64,000 nucleotides of DNA from a virus, in IMG/VR virus record IMGVR_UViG_3300009034_000011; one strand, 5' to 3'. Under the pieces are notes generated by a model that did no database searches, was not told where the DNA came from, and worked only from the letters and a program-made list of their open reading frames with translations. Shown in pieces: positions 18,620 through 27,746 of this stretch. Position 1 is the stretch's first letter; the number at the start of each line of letters is the position of its first letter. The position numbers were made by a program, and so were the translations under genes.

Positions 18620-18696
18620 TGGTGTGCCTGGAGAGATTTGAACTCTCAAAACCTACAGATTAGGAATCTGTCGCTCTATCCATTGAGCTACAGGCA
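18620..18696 (-). tRNA. tRNA-Arg (anticodon CCU)
   Basis: Acceptor GUGCCUG/CAGGCAC, anticodon stem ACAGA/UCUGU, loop UUCCUAA, T-arm GAGAG-UUCAAAU-CUCUC, A73, CCA. Confidence 0.7.
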
Positions 18697-18811
18697 CTAT
18701 TGATGCGCCAGGTGGTACTCGAAACCACACCCTCTACTCGGCTTCTAGTGGTGACCGGTATCGCGCCGTTCGCGGTAGAGAACTGCCACTTCGGACTGAC
18801 GCAAACTAGTT

Positions 18812-18900
18812 GGTGGGCGAGGAGAGGATCGAACTCTCATGGCTTTTTACCACCGTCGGATTTTAAGCCCGATGCGTCTACCAATTTCACCACTCGCCCA
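18812..18900 (-). tRNA. tRNA-Leu (anticodon UAA), type II
   Basis: Acceptor GGGCGAG/CUCGCCC, anticodon stem UCGGG/UCCGA, loop CUUAAAA, long variable arm, T-arm GAGAG-UUCGAUC-CUCUC, A73, CCA. Confidence 0.75.
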
Positions 18901-19164
18901 CTCCCTAACAACTAGATAAGCGGCCAAAACTACAAAGCCTCTACAGTTAACATCTCACATGCTACACCACGTTGTTGCTGTAGTTTATCGAGGCAGTCAT
19001 AACCAGCCTTTGCGGCTGCCCTAGATGCGTTGTATAGTAATTGGCCATGCTCGAGCTCTATACTATAATAACTGTCTACATGAGCTATAACCGCTCCTTT
19101 GCACTTAACTGCAAATGTTGTCTGTCTTGGCTTTTTCATTTTGCAAGCTCACCTACTTGAGATT

Positions 19165-19241
19165 TGGCAAGCGCGGTCAGAGTCGAACTGACACCCAACG
19201 GTTTTGGAGACCGTGACTCTAGCCAGTTAAGCTACGCGCTC
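19165..19241 (-). tRNA. tRNA-Trp (anticodon CCA)
   Basis: Acceptor GAGCGCG/CGCGCUU, anticodon stem ACGGU/ACCGU, loop CUCCAAA, T-arm GUCAG-UUCGACU-CUGAC, G73, CCA. Confidence 0.7.
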
Positions 19242-19333
19242 ATCTAATTAAACGGATTTGGATAGTTACGCATTATATTTTCACCTCATTATATTATATG
19301 CGAAGAATTCAAATTTATCGCAAGCTACTTTAT

Positions 19334-19406
19334 TGGAGGCCACGGCAAGGACTTGAACCTTACGTCCAGAGTCTCCTCTAGCTCTACCCCTGAGTCTTAC
19401 GTGACC
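19334..19406 (-). ncRNA. tRNA-like RNA lacking an anticodon loop (acceptor, T-arm and CCA present; anticodon arm replaced by a 6-bp GAGA-tetraloop hairpin)
   Basis: Acceptor GGUCACG/CGUGGCC, T-arm UAAGG-UUCAAGU-CCUUG, discriminator U, encoded CCA, a D-like CUC..GAG stem, and a central CUAGAG-GAGA-CUCUGG hairpin instead of a 7-nt anticodon loop. Confidence 0.45.
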
Positions 19407-19516
19407 AAAAGAGTGATGCGGCCCTACGGGGTGCGTAATCCCGATTCGACGGACTCACATGGACACAGGACCATGATTACACGCAACCTATGCCGCTCCA
19501 TCTTCGGGCCGCATAA
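19407..19516 (-). ncRNA. ~110-nt structured RNA between two tRNA genes (closed by a 9-bp helix AUGCGGCCC/GGGCCGCAU)
   Basis: No ORF. Long-range terminal pairing encloses internal hairpins (CAUGG-UCCUGUG-UCCAUG; GCGUGUAAUC..GAUUACGCAC). The 3' side ends in CUCUUUU. Confidence 0.35.
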
Positions 19517-19593
19517 TGGTGGGGCTGACGAGATTCGAACTCGCGATTGACGGAGTGAAATTCCGACGGCCTAGCCAGCTAGCCCACAGCCCC
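19517..19593 (-). tRNA. tRNA-Glu (anticodon UUC)
   Basis: Acceptor GGGGCUG/CAGCCCC, D GGCU/GGCC, anticodon 4-bp stem CGGA/UCCG, loop AUUUCAC, T-arm GCGAG-UUCGAAU-CUCGU, A73, CCA. Confidence 0.65.
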
Positions 19594-19612
19594 ACGTTTA
19601 TAGTAACCCATT

Positions 19613-20029
19613 TCATTTCTTCGTCCCTTGTTTCGACGTCGGAGGAATAACAAGAGGAGCAAATGAAGGCTTAGCATTCGCTGCCACACCAGGTGAAGAT
19701 GCAGCCCCGGCCATATGATATGGACCGAACGCAGCAAACGAAACTGCGGATGAAGCTGAAGAAGAAAACCTATGTAAGTGCTCTATAGTCTCAAACTCTT
19801 TTGAGAGCCACCCTTGCTCCACACCCCAGCTAATTAAGTGTCTCGCCTTCCTAACAAGCTCAAATGGAAAAATGACGTTTAGGTGTCCGTACTTTGCATC
19901 ATGGTACTGGGCCAGATCATATTTCCAGAGTTCATTGCGGGCTGCGACCCGCAGCTCAAGCTGATCACACTCGGCTAAGATTTCAGCTAGTTTCATTAAG
20001 AATATACGTTTTCTTAGTATTAGTTCCAT
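19613..20029 (-). CDS. hypothetical protein
   Basis: 138-aa ORF. Confidence 0.4.
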   Translation of the reverse strand: MELILRKRIFLMKLAEILAECDQLELRVAARNELWKYDLAQYHDAKYGHLNVIFPFELVRKARHLISWGVEQGWLSKEFETIEHLHRFSSSASSAVSFAAFGPYHMAGAASSPGVAANAKPSFAPLVIPPTSKQGTKK

Positions 20030-20076
20030 CTCAAGGATAAAGAAGTGTGACAGTTGATGGTTAAACGAAAACTAAC

Positions 20077-21021
20077 CTACATCAGCTTAGTTCCACACTG
20101 ACTGCAGAACTTAGCATTGGACTTTGACTCACGGCCGCAATTCGGACACTCCAACTTAGTTTTCACAGTAACTGGCTTTGCTACCACAGCACCGCTACCG
20201 GTCCGTCCCTGTAATCTTATTATTATTACATGAGATTGGGCCTCTAGCGGGCCAGTTGAGCCATAGCCAAATTGCTGATAAGTTGGAGAACCCTCCACCG
20301 TTACCCCTTCATGCGGAAGTGGCTCAGGAGTTTCTACAAGATTAGCCCCAATACTCTCCGACATCATTGATTTTCTGATATGCGGAGGCGAATGAGACAC
20401 ATTATGGAAACCCTGAACTACACCACCACATGGCTCTTCGACCCCTAGATCTCCGGCAGTATTCTCAAACGATATCTTGTCAGTACCTGAAGTACTTTTC
20501 CAAGTTACCTCAGGGTGCCAAGGACCGGGTGGCCAATGCGGCCACCGTTGGTAGCGATGATAATGGTGATGATGGTAATCATGATGTTCATGATGATGAA
20601 CGTCACGGTAGTGCCGCTCGATCACCTCAGGCTTATGTTTCTCGTGTCGAAACTCCACCCGGACTGAACCATCATCTAAGTTATCACCACGTTGCTCAAT
20701 AACGTCCTGAGTCTTTTGGATAAACCTAAACCTCTGGGTAGCAACGTTACCGTGCATCCAGCCATCCAACTCAACACTGTCATTGGCCCCGAGAATTAAC
20801 TTCTTACCGTCCAGTGCGTCTCTACTATCTACCATAATCGCAACTTGTGCTGGACGTGATTCGCGATTTCTGAGTAAGATACTATACTCGCTACCAAACG
20901 GTAAGGTTACTACTCCGTCAACGTCACGGAGTATGCGGCCATGATGTTTTATCACGACCACGAAGGCGTCTTTATATACCATCACGTAACACTCCTCTCT
21001 TAAACAGCGTCCCGACCACAC
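20077..21021 (-). CDS. His-rich protein with C-terminal zinc ribbon
   Basis: HHHEHHDYHHHHYHRYQRWPHWPPGPWH tract. C-terminal CPNCGRESKSNAKFCSQCG. Confidence 0.45.
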   Translation of the reverse strand: MWSGRCLREECYVMVYKDAFVVVIKHHGRILRDVDGVVTLPFGSEYSILLRNRESRPAQVAIMVDSRDALDGKKLILGANDSVELDGWMHGNVATQRFRFIQKTQDVIEQRGDNLDDGSVRVEFRHEKHKPEVIERHYRDVHHHEHHDYHHHHYHRYQRWPHWPPGPWHPEVTWKSTSGTDKISFENTAGDLGVEEPCGGVVQGFHNVSHSPPHIRKSMMSESIGANLVETPEPLPHEGVTVEGSPTYQQFGYGSTGPLEAQSHVIIIRLQGRTGSGAVVAKPVTVKTKLECPNCGRESKSNAKFCSQCGTKLM

Positions 21022-21094
21022 GCTCGTGTATTTTGTTTTCGGTCGGATGAGAGTTATCCATCAACTGTCACACATTCTCTTGATAGGCTTTACT

Positions 21095-23050
21095 TTACCT
21101 ATCCTTTTGACCAAAACCGCTTAATCCCTCAGGATATCCCGGCTTTTCTGTGGGTTCTGAGGACTCTTCTGCCTCTTCATCCTCAGGAGCTTCAACCTCC
21201 TTTTCGACATTAACTACAACCTGGGGACCTCCTTCATTAAAGATCTTACCCAGGTCAGGGATGAGTTTCGAGACCTGCTCAACTAAGTCACTGGCATCTA
21301 TACCAGTGGCCCCCAGCACCTCTTTAAGTACCGGAAGTGCTGCACCAGCTCCTAAGATGCCCTTAGCTACTCTACCGAAGCTACCTCCGCCGAGTGCCTC
21401 AAGGCCTCCGCCGCCTCCCAGATCGAGTATGCGAATACTTTCAATCTGTTCAGCCGGCTTCATTAACTGTTCAGCAACAGCCGGTAGCTGCTCAATAAGG
21501 GCAATCGTAATGTCTTTACTGATAATCTTCGGATCAATCCGATTCTCAGCCTCGACCATTTTCTCTTTGCCCTCAGCTAGTGCTCTTGCCTTCTCAAGCT
21601 CTGCTGCAGCCAGTAACTTGATAGCATCAGCTTCATGCTGGGCAGCTTCGAGCTGCGCTTCAGCTACTCGAGTGACTTTATAGGCCTCGGCATCAGCTGC
21701 TTTCTCTTGCACGATGAGAGCGGCCTCCGCGTTCTGACTAGCTGCCACGAGAGCAACCTCTTTCTCGCGTCTTGCCTCTTCAACCTCTTTAGCAGTTACA
21801 ACTTTCTCTTCCGCCTCAGCTCTTAAAGCACTGGCCACAAGCTTCAGTTGGTCTGCTTCTTCACGAGCCGTTTCCCTCTCGGCAACAGCTATCCTACTTT
21901 CAGCAGCGGCAACCTCGACAGTCCGCTTCCGCTCTATCTCGGCGGTCTCAACTGCCTGCTCCTGAGTCACTCGAGCAAGTTCAACTGCTTGCTTTCGCTC
22001 GACTTCGGCGGTCTCGATTGCCTTCCCACGCTCGATCTCACGCTGTTTTACAGCTTCTTCCTGCTCGACGCGTGCAGTCTCGATCTCCTTAGTTCTTGCG
22101 ATCTCAGCAGCTTCAACAGCCTTCTCACGCTCGATCTCACGCTGCTTTACAGCTTCCTCCTGGGCAATACGAGCCTGCTCAACAGCCTCCGTCTGCTTCT
22201 CTGATGCTTCCTTGACCGCTTGCTGCTCCTCGAGCCTATTAGTCTCGATCTCACGCAGCTGTAACTGCTCGGCAACGGCTCGGCCTTGCTCAAGCTCGTA
22301 AGATGCTTTCTTTTGCTGGGTCGTTTTCTCTTGAATACCGAGCTCCGCCCGCAATGTAGCATCTTCACGTAGTACTCTGTTCTCTTCCTCGATCTCCTTC
22401 GTACGGGTCTGCTTCGCCTCGACCTCTCCCTTAATGGTCTGAATGGCCGTCGCATCAAACCTGTTGTCCGGGTTCAGTAGAGACAGTTCTGTTTGATCAA
22501 GGTTGGTAATGGAAACGGTCTCTAGAGTAAATCCGTTTTCCTTCAGATCCTCAGTTGAGGCCTCCTGCACCTGATCGGCAAACTCCATCCGCTTCTCATG
22601 CAGTTCCTGCAACTCCATAGTAGCTGCAACACTTCTTAGGGCACCAACTAACTTACCCTCTAGAAGTTCACTAACGCTGCCGGGGGACAGGATTCTGTCT
22701 CCTAAACTAGCAGCTGCTGCGAGCACGTCCTCTTCATTGGGTTGAACTCTTATGAAGAACTCAGCCACAATATCAACTCGAAGACTATCTTTGGTAATAA
22801 GCGCATCCTGCCCCTGCCGTTCAACCTGTAAGTTCATAGTATTTAATGAAATCATCGACGTCTTACAGGTAATGGGATTGATTAGCTTACCTCCAAAGTA
22901 TGCTCGCTTCTTCTTACCACCGGAAACCACTAGTGCGTTATCCGCTGCAACCTTCCTGTAGAATGCCTTATACGCTATTAGAAGGATTATAAAAAGCGCA
23001 AAGACCACTCCAACCAGGATGTAAGTTGTGGTATTGAATATGGAAGCCAT
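21095..23050 (-). CDS. flotillin-like SPFH/band-7 domain protein with long Ala/Glu-rich coiled coil (YqiK-like)
   Basis: N-terminal TM helix then SPFH core (ALITKDSLRVDIVAEFFIRV...). About 300 aa of EA-rich heptad repeats. Confidence 0.65.
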   Translation of the reverse strand: MASIFNTTTYILVGVVFALFIILLIAYKAFYRKVAADNALVVSGGKKKRAYFGGKLINPITCKTSMISLNTMNLQVERQGQDALITKDSLRVDIVAEFFIRVQPNEEDVLAAAASLGDRILSPGSVSELLEGKLVGALRSVAATMELQELHEKRMEFADQVQEASTEDLKENGFTLETVSITNLDQTELSLLNPDNRFDATAIQTIKGEVEAKQTRTKEIEEENRVLREDATLRAELGIQEKTTQQKKASYELEQGRAVAEQLQLREIETNRLEEQQAVKEASEKQTEAVEQARIAQEEAVKQREIEREKAVEAAEIARTKEIETARVEQEEAVKQREIERGKAIETAEVERKQAVELARVTQEQAVETAEIERKRTVEVAAAESRIAVAERETAREEADQLKLVASALRAEAEEKVVTAKEVEEARREKEVALVAASQNAEAALIVQEKAADAEAYKVTRVAEAQLEAAQHEADAIKLLAAAELEKARALAEGKEKMVEAENRIDPKIISKDITIALIEQLPAVAEQLMKPAEQIESIRILDLGGGGGLEALGGGSFGRVAKGILGAGAALPVLKEVLGATGIDASDLVEQVSKLIPDLGKIFNEGGPQVVVNVEKEVEAPEDEEAEESSEPTEKPGYPEGLSGFGQKDR

Positions 23051-23079
23051 CTTATCCTCCTCTCCGATTTACCACTAAA

Positions 23080-23802
23080 CTATAGCCCCTCAAACTTGGC
23101 TACCACAAATATTTGAGTGGCCGGGTCATAGTCCTCTAAAAGCACCTCGTCGCCGTTAACGGGTTCCTCATCACCTTCCTCCACGCGGCATGCCACTTTC
23201 AACGTAGTGTTATCACCCGTATGCACCGCTACCCTCCCGAAAGCAGAGGTCACACGTCCACTGACAACACGAGCCGTCATACCTACTAAGTCTCGACGAG
23301 ATATAGCAGGCTCACTCTCGGGGAAAATCTTGGCTATCCCCATGGCAAAGTATTTTGTACAGAATATACTAGCGACAAAAGCAATCCCCGCGGAAACCGC
23401 AGCTAAGGGGGGAATAAGCCGTAGAATTCTGTTGCCTATAACCCGATTACAGATCAACCCAACAGCACCATACGAAGTAAGCCAGGTCATTATAAGAACC
23501 ATAAGTGGAACCTTCCCGACGTTAAGAAAACCTAGCATACTCACAAAGACACCAGGGCCGTCTGCACCTACATCATTATCAAACTCCACCTCCGAATCTA
23601 CATCCAGGTCGGTATCGATATCTATATCAGAGTCCACATCGATATCTATATCAGAGTCCACATCAACTTCTGTACTCCCACCAAACTCCAAACTAACTCC
23701 GACCACTTGTAAGAAGGCGAAGAGAAACACCAAAAGCAGCGGAGCAAGAAACATGACGTTGTACCAAGCTGACACAAATTCCCAGAAACCCATTGATGTC
23801 AC
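23080..23802 (-). CDS. NfeD-like membrane protein (YqiJ-like) partner of flotillin
   Basis: N-terminal TM segments and an acidic DxD repeat tract. C-terminal OB-fold segment (VVSGRVTSAFGRVAVHTGDNTTLKVACRV...) as in NfeD short homologs encoded next to SPFH genes. Confidence 0.55.
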   Translation of the reverse strand: MTSMGFWEFVSAWYNVMFLAPLLLVFLFAFLQVVGVSLEFGGSTEVDVDSDIDIDVDSDIDIDTDLDVDSEVEFDNDVGADGPGVFVSMLGFLNVGKVPLMVLIMTWLTSYGAVGLICNRVIGNRILRLIPPLAAVSAGIAFVASIFCTKYFAMGIAKIFPESEPAISRRDLVGMTARVVSGRVTSAFGRVAVHTGDNTTLKVACRVEEGDEEPVNGDEVLLEDYDPATQIFVVAKFEGL

Positions 23803-24071
23803 CCCTTTTCAATACCGCCGGGTATATTTACAACACTGGCAACAATCAAGCGCACCCATATAATAGGGTTCCCACACCCATTTAGTCTTTGCCATACACC
23901 ACGCCGTACCAAATATCGGACGCCAGGTCCAGCTCGAAGATTTAGGAAGGTCAATCCGCTCGTATTCACACCTGAAATGAATACAGGGCGTCCCGAACAG
24001 AAACTTCCTCATCCTCAACAACACAATAGGAGGAGATATAGCGGACTACTTAGTCCGCTATATTCCAGTTG

Positions 24072-25781
24072 CTAGACTCGTCCAAGCAGGAACTCACTAA
24101 TCACATTTGGCGTCGCAGTATCAAACCCTACGACATCAAGCATTCCCACGTCAGTAGGATCTGCTATAGAGATATCATTAGCAGTCATACCTACAACAAC
24201 CAACTTAGCCTCTGGATTGATTGTATTACGGTAGCGATCCAAAGCCTGAGATGGATGCTCGTCACCATACCACGTCTCACTATCTGTATAGACGAGAAAT
24301 GCATCATACACCACATCCGAGTTTTTCTTATGCATTTGCTCAGCCCACAAGATTGGGAGAGCGCAGTTAGTTCCACCGAAGTTAAGCCCATCGGTATACC
24401 TTACAAGGTCGTCTAATCTTTGACGCTTGGACATATTGACTTCCACGAAGCGATGACAAAACGCCATAACAGATACCAAAGGCTCAACCTTGTAAGTAAC
24501 CATCGACATTGCACATGCACCCATCCTTGGCGTCATAGCAGGAATGCCAACGATATTACCTCCGTTCATGGAGCCGCTAACATCGAGACCAATGACGATT
24601 CTCTTGTTAGTTGGTTCAACATTCTTAAAAGCCTTGTAGAAGGCGCTATCTAGCGCGTCAACTACATCACCAACAACATTCCACTCGCCACGACCTCGTG
24701 CTCCACGGCCCTGACCGTAAGTCACCATAGCGGCTAGTACACCAAGTGGGTGTACTCTAGCTTTCGCTAAGATTTCCTCGTCAGTTAGCTGATCGCATAC
24801 CCTTTGGATAACCTTAAAGTTACCGTCAACTAGAAGGCCAACCTTGGACATATTGCCAAGGTTCCGTATCATGGCAGTCATCGGCATGCCACGACCCGCC
24901 GTAAGCATTGCTGCCCAAACCTTCTTATCGCTAAGAAACTGGGTTGGAATGCACTCACGAGGCAAGTTATGCTCCCTGATGAGCTTAACTATATCGGCAA
25001 CGGAGGTAGCTGCCTTGGCTTCCTCGAAAGCTCCGATGAACTTTGGCATAACCTCCCAGTGTTCTGCTTTTGCCTTATCAACTACCCAAGCGTACAGAGC
25101 ACCGTGAGGGCTGATATAATATTTCCCCTTCTCCACTGCATCTGCACTTAAGGTATCTGGTACAGAAACTGCCTTATTTGGGTTTGGGTGTGCAAGTCTC
25201 AACACGTCAAAGTGAGACCAGCCATCTCTCGACTGGTACTTAGCTAACTGGTACGCAAGGCCATCTGCATTTCTACCATTGTACCAACTCGCGATAGCAT
25301 CTTTATAACCCCTACCCCAACCCCGGAATGCTTCGGTATAGGCAACGAGGTGGAATAGATGAGTTCCAATACGAGCTATCTTTGGTATAGCTTGAAAAGC
25401 AGCTCTCCTCGTTTCTATATCCTGTAGAGTTGGATGCTTGCCTCCTGCTCCGAGACACATAGCTAAGACAAAGAGGGCGTAATCATTCTTAGGTGCCCTG
25501 CCGGAATCACTTATCTCAACTATCGTGTCAACTACCCTCTTACCGTCTTCTTTAATACAACGGCGGGTAGAATCGCACGCATCCTTGGTCAGTTTTCTTT
25601 CACTTACGTAATAAGTGCCCCCTTCTGTACCAAGGACTAGAAAACGATTCAATAGCATCCAGTCGTCCACCTTCCAGGCAAACCCTCCGGCATTGTTCAT
25701 CTCCATATCTTCACGGCCTGGAATGCGCTCTGTTTGAGGCGTCTTAATTCTAACCCCTTGCGTAAGTAAATGCTTCCTCAT
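24072..25781 (-). CDS. rsr: Ro60 ortholog Rsr (TROVE domain plus C-terminal vWA with MIDAS motif)
   Basis: 569 aa. C-terminal IVIGLDVSGSMNGG MIDAS motif plus downstream T and D. N-terminal ~380 aa helical, TROVE-like. Flanked on its upstream side by Y RNA-like genes. Confidence 0.6.
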   Translation of the reverse strand: MRKHLLTQGVRIKTPQTERIPGREDMEMNNAGGFAWKVDDWMLLNRFLVLGTEGGTYYVSERKLTKDACDSTRRCIKEDGKRVVDTIVEISDSGRAPKNDYALFVLAMCLGAGGKHPTLQDIETRRAAFQAIPKIARIGTHLFHLVAYTEAFRGWGRGYKDAIASWYNGRNADGLAYQLAKYQSRDGWSHFDVLRLAHPNPNKAVSVPDTLSADAVEKGKYYISPHGALYAWVVDKAKAEHWEVMPKFIGAFEEAKAATSVADIVKLIREHNLPRECIPTQFLSDKKVWAAMLTAGRGMPMTAMIRNLGNMSKVGLLVDGNFKVIQRVCDQLTDEEILAKARVHPLGVLAAMVTYGQGRGARGRGEWNVVGDVVDALDSAFYKAFKNVEPTNKRIVIGLDVSGSMNGGNIVGIPAMTPRMGACAMSMVTYKVEPLVSVMAFCHRFVEVNMSKRQRLDDLVRYTDGLNFGGTNCALPILWAEQMHKKNSDVVYDAFLVYTDSETWYGDEHPSQALDRYRNTINPEAKLVVVGMTANDISIADPTDVGMLDVVGFDTATPNVISEFLLGRV

Positions 25782-25799
25782 AACTACACACCCCCTGTA

Positions 25800-25868
25800 T
25801 TAAGTTGGGCAAGTTATCGGAGTGGGATAGACCGGGATTGCTCCCTGGTGGTCGATAATCCACTTCCT
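25800..25868 (-). ncRNA. Y RNA-like unit 13 (Ro60/Rsr-binding helix), immediately upstream of the rsr start
   Basis: 5' UUGGGCCGGAGGAAGUGGAUUAUC pairs with 3' CCAC-UCCG-AUAACUU-GCCCAA to give a bulged helix. An internal GGGA-GCAA-UCCC tetraloop hairpin is present. The motif matches the conserved Y-RNA 5' strand GGUCCGAUGGUAGUGGGUUAUC. Confidence 0.55.
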
Positions 25869-26309
25869 CCGGCCCAACATTACAAAACCAGCCAGTGGTC
25901 TCCCACAGCGGTCCCGGTTCACCGTGGCTGGCAATAGCGCCCCCGGGTTAACAAGAATAAAGGGCAAATGCTGCTCGTGAGAGTTGGCTTGCGCCAAAGG
26001 CGAGTTAACTACTCCACCGCCCCGAAGGGCAGGTCAGATTGGGTACTGACGTCTCCTCGTTATGAACGATAACTCACGAACGCCGGCCCTTTATTCTAAC
26101 TACCTCATAGAGAGGTATTCTAGTTGTCAGAAGTGACGGAACGGCTTCGCGTTGGATATCTCTAGTAGCAGCGAACAAATGCCTCATCCCATTGAGCTTT
26201 ATATATCGCTTTTTCTTTTTACACCACACCCTCGTATCGTTCCCCGGTTCCCAACGAGCTTGGGGACAAGTATCACATCGTGCCACTATGTCTCACCCCT
26301 TTCGAAACA

Positions 26310-26391
26310 GTTCCGTTATTTAAGATATTGGGCAAATAGTAGATAAAGGAGTGTCAATTTTCGGGTTGATAACCTTCATCCTCCGGCCCAA
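26310..26391 (-). ncRNA. Y RNA-like unit 12
   Basis: 5' UUGGGCCGGAGGAUGAAGGUUAUC with 3' partner CUCCUUUAUCUACUAUUU-GCCCAA. Lies between the HNH gene and a structured spacer upstream of rsr. Confidence 0.5.
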
Positions 26392-26420
26392 TAATAGGTG
26401 CACACTTCACGCTGCCGCAT

Positions 26421-26882
26421 TTAAATATCATAGTCAGAAGCAAAGGCGTCTTCCCACTTCCAGTAGCCCCGCTTCTTAACCGTGCGCTTCCTATGGCAGT
26501 TAGCGCAACACACTTCACATTTAGCTATCTCAGCTTTAATGGTAGCTAGGGCATATCCGTGCGTTACCATTTCTCCAACTTGATAACGTTTCTCCCCACG
26601 CACATGATCAAATTCCAGAACCAATGGATCCGATTCACCACAATCGACACACGGATGGGTATTCAAATAGTGAATCAAAAAAGCTTTATTCGCAGCGATT
26701 CGCCTTCGCATATTCACGCGAACTACCCTCATATAATGGGGCTTATTGTTCTGGAAATATTCCCTATGGTAAGCAGCAACACACGCCTTACACGTATTCT
26801 TTCTGTTCCGTTTAGCCGGGGATCGAAAACTAAATTCCTCCTCCGGCTTCACCTCGTTACATTTTATACACTGCTTATTCAC
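26421..26882 (-). CDS. HNH endonuclease with N-terminal zinc finger
   Basis: CVDCGESDPLVLEFDHVRG ... NCHRKRT HNH motif. CxxC...CxxC N-terminus. Confidence 0.6.
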   Translation of the reverse strand: MNKQCIKCNEVKPEEEFSFRSPAKRNRKNTCKACVAAYHREYFQNNKPHYMRVVRVNMRRRIAANKAFLIHYLNTHPCVDCGESDPLVLEFDHVRGEKRYQVGEMVTHGYALATIKAEIAKCEVCCANCHRKRTVKKRGYWKWEDAFASDYDI

Positions 26883-26902
26883 TATGCTACCTTCTTTAAA
26901 GT

Positions 26903-26978
26903 TGGTCGGGGAGACAGGACTCGAACCTGCAATCTCCAGCTCCCAGGGCTGGCCCGCTAAGCCATTGCGTCACTCCCC
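26903..26978 (-). tRNA. tRNA-Pro (anticodon UGG)
   Basis: Acceptor CGGGGAG/CUCCCCG with C1-G72 typical of bacterial Pro, anticodon stem CCAGC/GCUGG, loop CCUGGGA, T-arm GCAGG-UUCGAGU-CCUGU, A73, CCA. Confidence 0.7.
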
Positions 26979-27109
26979 GACAATATATTGGACGGTGAAC
27001 CCCAACTTTTAGTGCGGCTATGGGAGATGGATGTTGCGGTCCACCGTCCGGAGGCGGATTCCGACGAGTTGTGCGGCTATGGGAGATGAATTGTCGGAAT
27101 CCGCCCGAG

Positions 27110-27181
27110 TCATATATGGGCAAGTGGTTGACAGTGGGAGGAGCCAAATTTGCGGTTCGGTAACCCACTGCCTCCGGCCCA
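27110..27181 (-). ncRNA. Y RNA-like unit 11 (mini Y: Ro-binding helix only)
   Basis: 5' UUGGGCCGGAGGCAGUGGGUUACC pairs with 3' CUCCUCCCACUG..GCCCA. It is followed (27000-27110) by a 13-bp hairpin GGCGGAUUCCGAC..GUCGGAAUCCGCC and a duplicated AUCUCCCAUAGCCGCAC motif. Confidence 0.5.
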
Positions 27182-27449
27182 ATTAACATAATCACTCACC
27201 TGCTGGAACTAAAAGACGCTTCATAGGTTCTGAAGGACTTTCCTGGAGTTTACAATCTCCCAAGTATCGGGATACTGAATCGACAAGAGGAACAGCAACT
27301 GCATAAGCGTTTTTTGTCACAGACAGATCAGCACCCGCGGCAGCTTGCTGCAACTTCTTCGCGACCAATACCATCAGTTCCGTTCGTACAGCCGGTGTCA
27401 ACTCAACAACTTCAAGACTAGCCATACCTTTACCTCACGCCGCAATTAA

Positions 27450-27596
27450 ATGCTGGACAAGGTGTCGCAAATGGGACGCTTTCCGACGCTCCACCACTGA
27501 GCTATGCGCCGTGCGGCCGAACCGTTCAGAGGCACAACTGGAATCGAACCAGTGACATCCGGAATTGAATGGTAACCCACCTACTACGGTCCAGCA
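27450..27596 (-). ncRNA. Y RNA-like unit 10 with permuted tRNA-like module
   Basis: 5' CUGGACCGUAGUAGGUGGGUUACC, then T-arm ACUGG-UUCGAUU-CCAGU, a loop-closed acceptor-like hairpin, D-arm GCUC-AGUGGUGGA-GAGC, then the 3' Ro strand CCCAUUUGCGACACCUUGUCCAG. Confidence 0.55.
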
Positions 27597-27609
27597 AGAT
27601 AAAATCGTT

Positions 27610-27730
27610 GGGCTAAAATTGCCAATGGGTGAAATGGTTCCGGGGGTTGGATTCAAACCAACGCGTATCGCCCTCGGGCGGTGCTCTATCAACTGAGCTA
27701 CCCTGGATAACCCATACAGCAGCGGCCCAA
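27610..27730 (-). ncRNA. Y RNA-like unit 9 with embedded near-complete tRNA-like domain (acceptor, D-arm, mini-hairpin, T-arm, CCA) in normal order
   Basis: 5' UUGGGCCGCUGCUGUAUGGGUUAUC, then UCCAGGG-UA-GCUC-AGUUGAUA-GAGC, then CGCC-CGAG-GGCG hairpin in place of the anticodon arm, then GUUGG-UUUGAAU-CCAAC, then CCCCGGA-A-CCA, then 3' Ro strand CCCAUUGGCAAUUUUAGCCCAA. Confidence 0.5.
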
Positions 27731-27746
27731 CGATGCTCTCTTTCAA

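Noticed and set aside
221-24653. Plus-strand ORFs from the track (for example 221..532, 1939..2406, 2518..3066, 21150..21683, 23207..23863, 24420..24653)
   Set aside because: They are antisense to stronger minus-strand genes or tRNAs. They have low-complexity composition (Ser/Pro/Ala runs opposite EA-rich coiled coils) and no RBS.
26074-26286. 70-aa minus-strand ORF with CxxC motifs in the rsr-upstream spacer
   Set aside because: It may be a real zinc-ribbon peptide. However the region (25870-26300) is GC-rich with long inverted repeats (CCAGCCA..UGGCUGG), so it is more likely structured RNA. Left unannotated.
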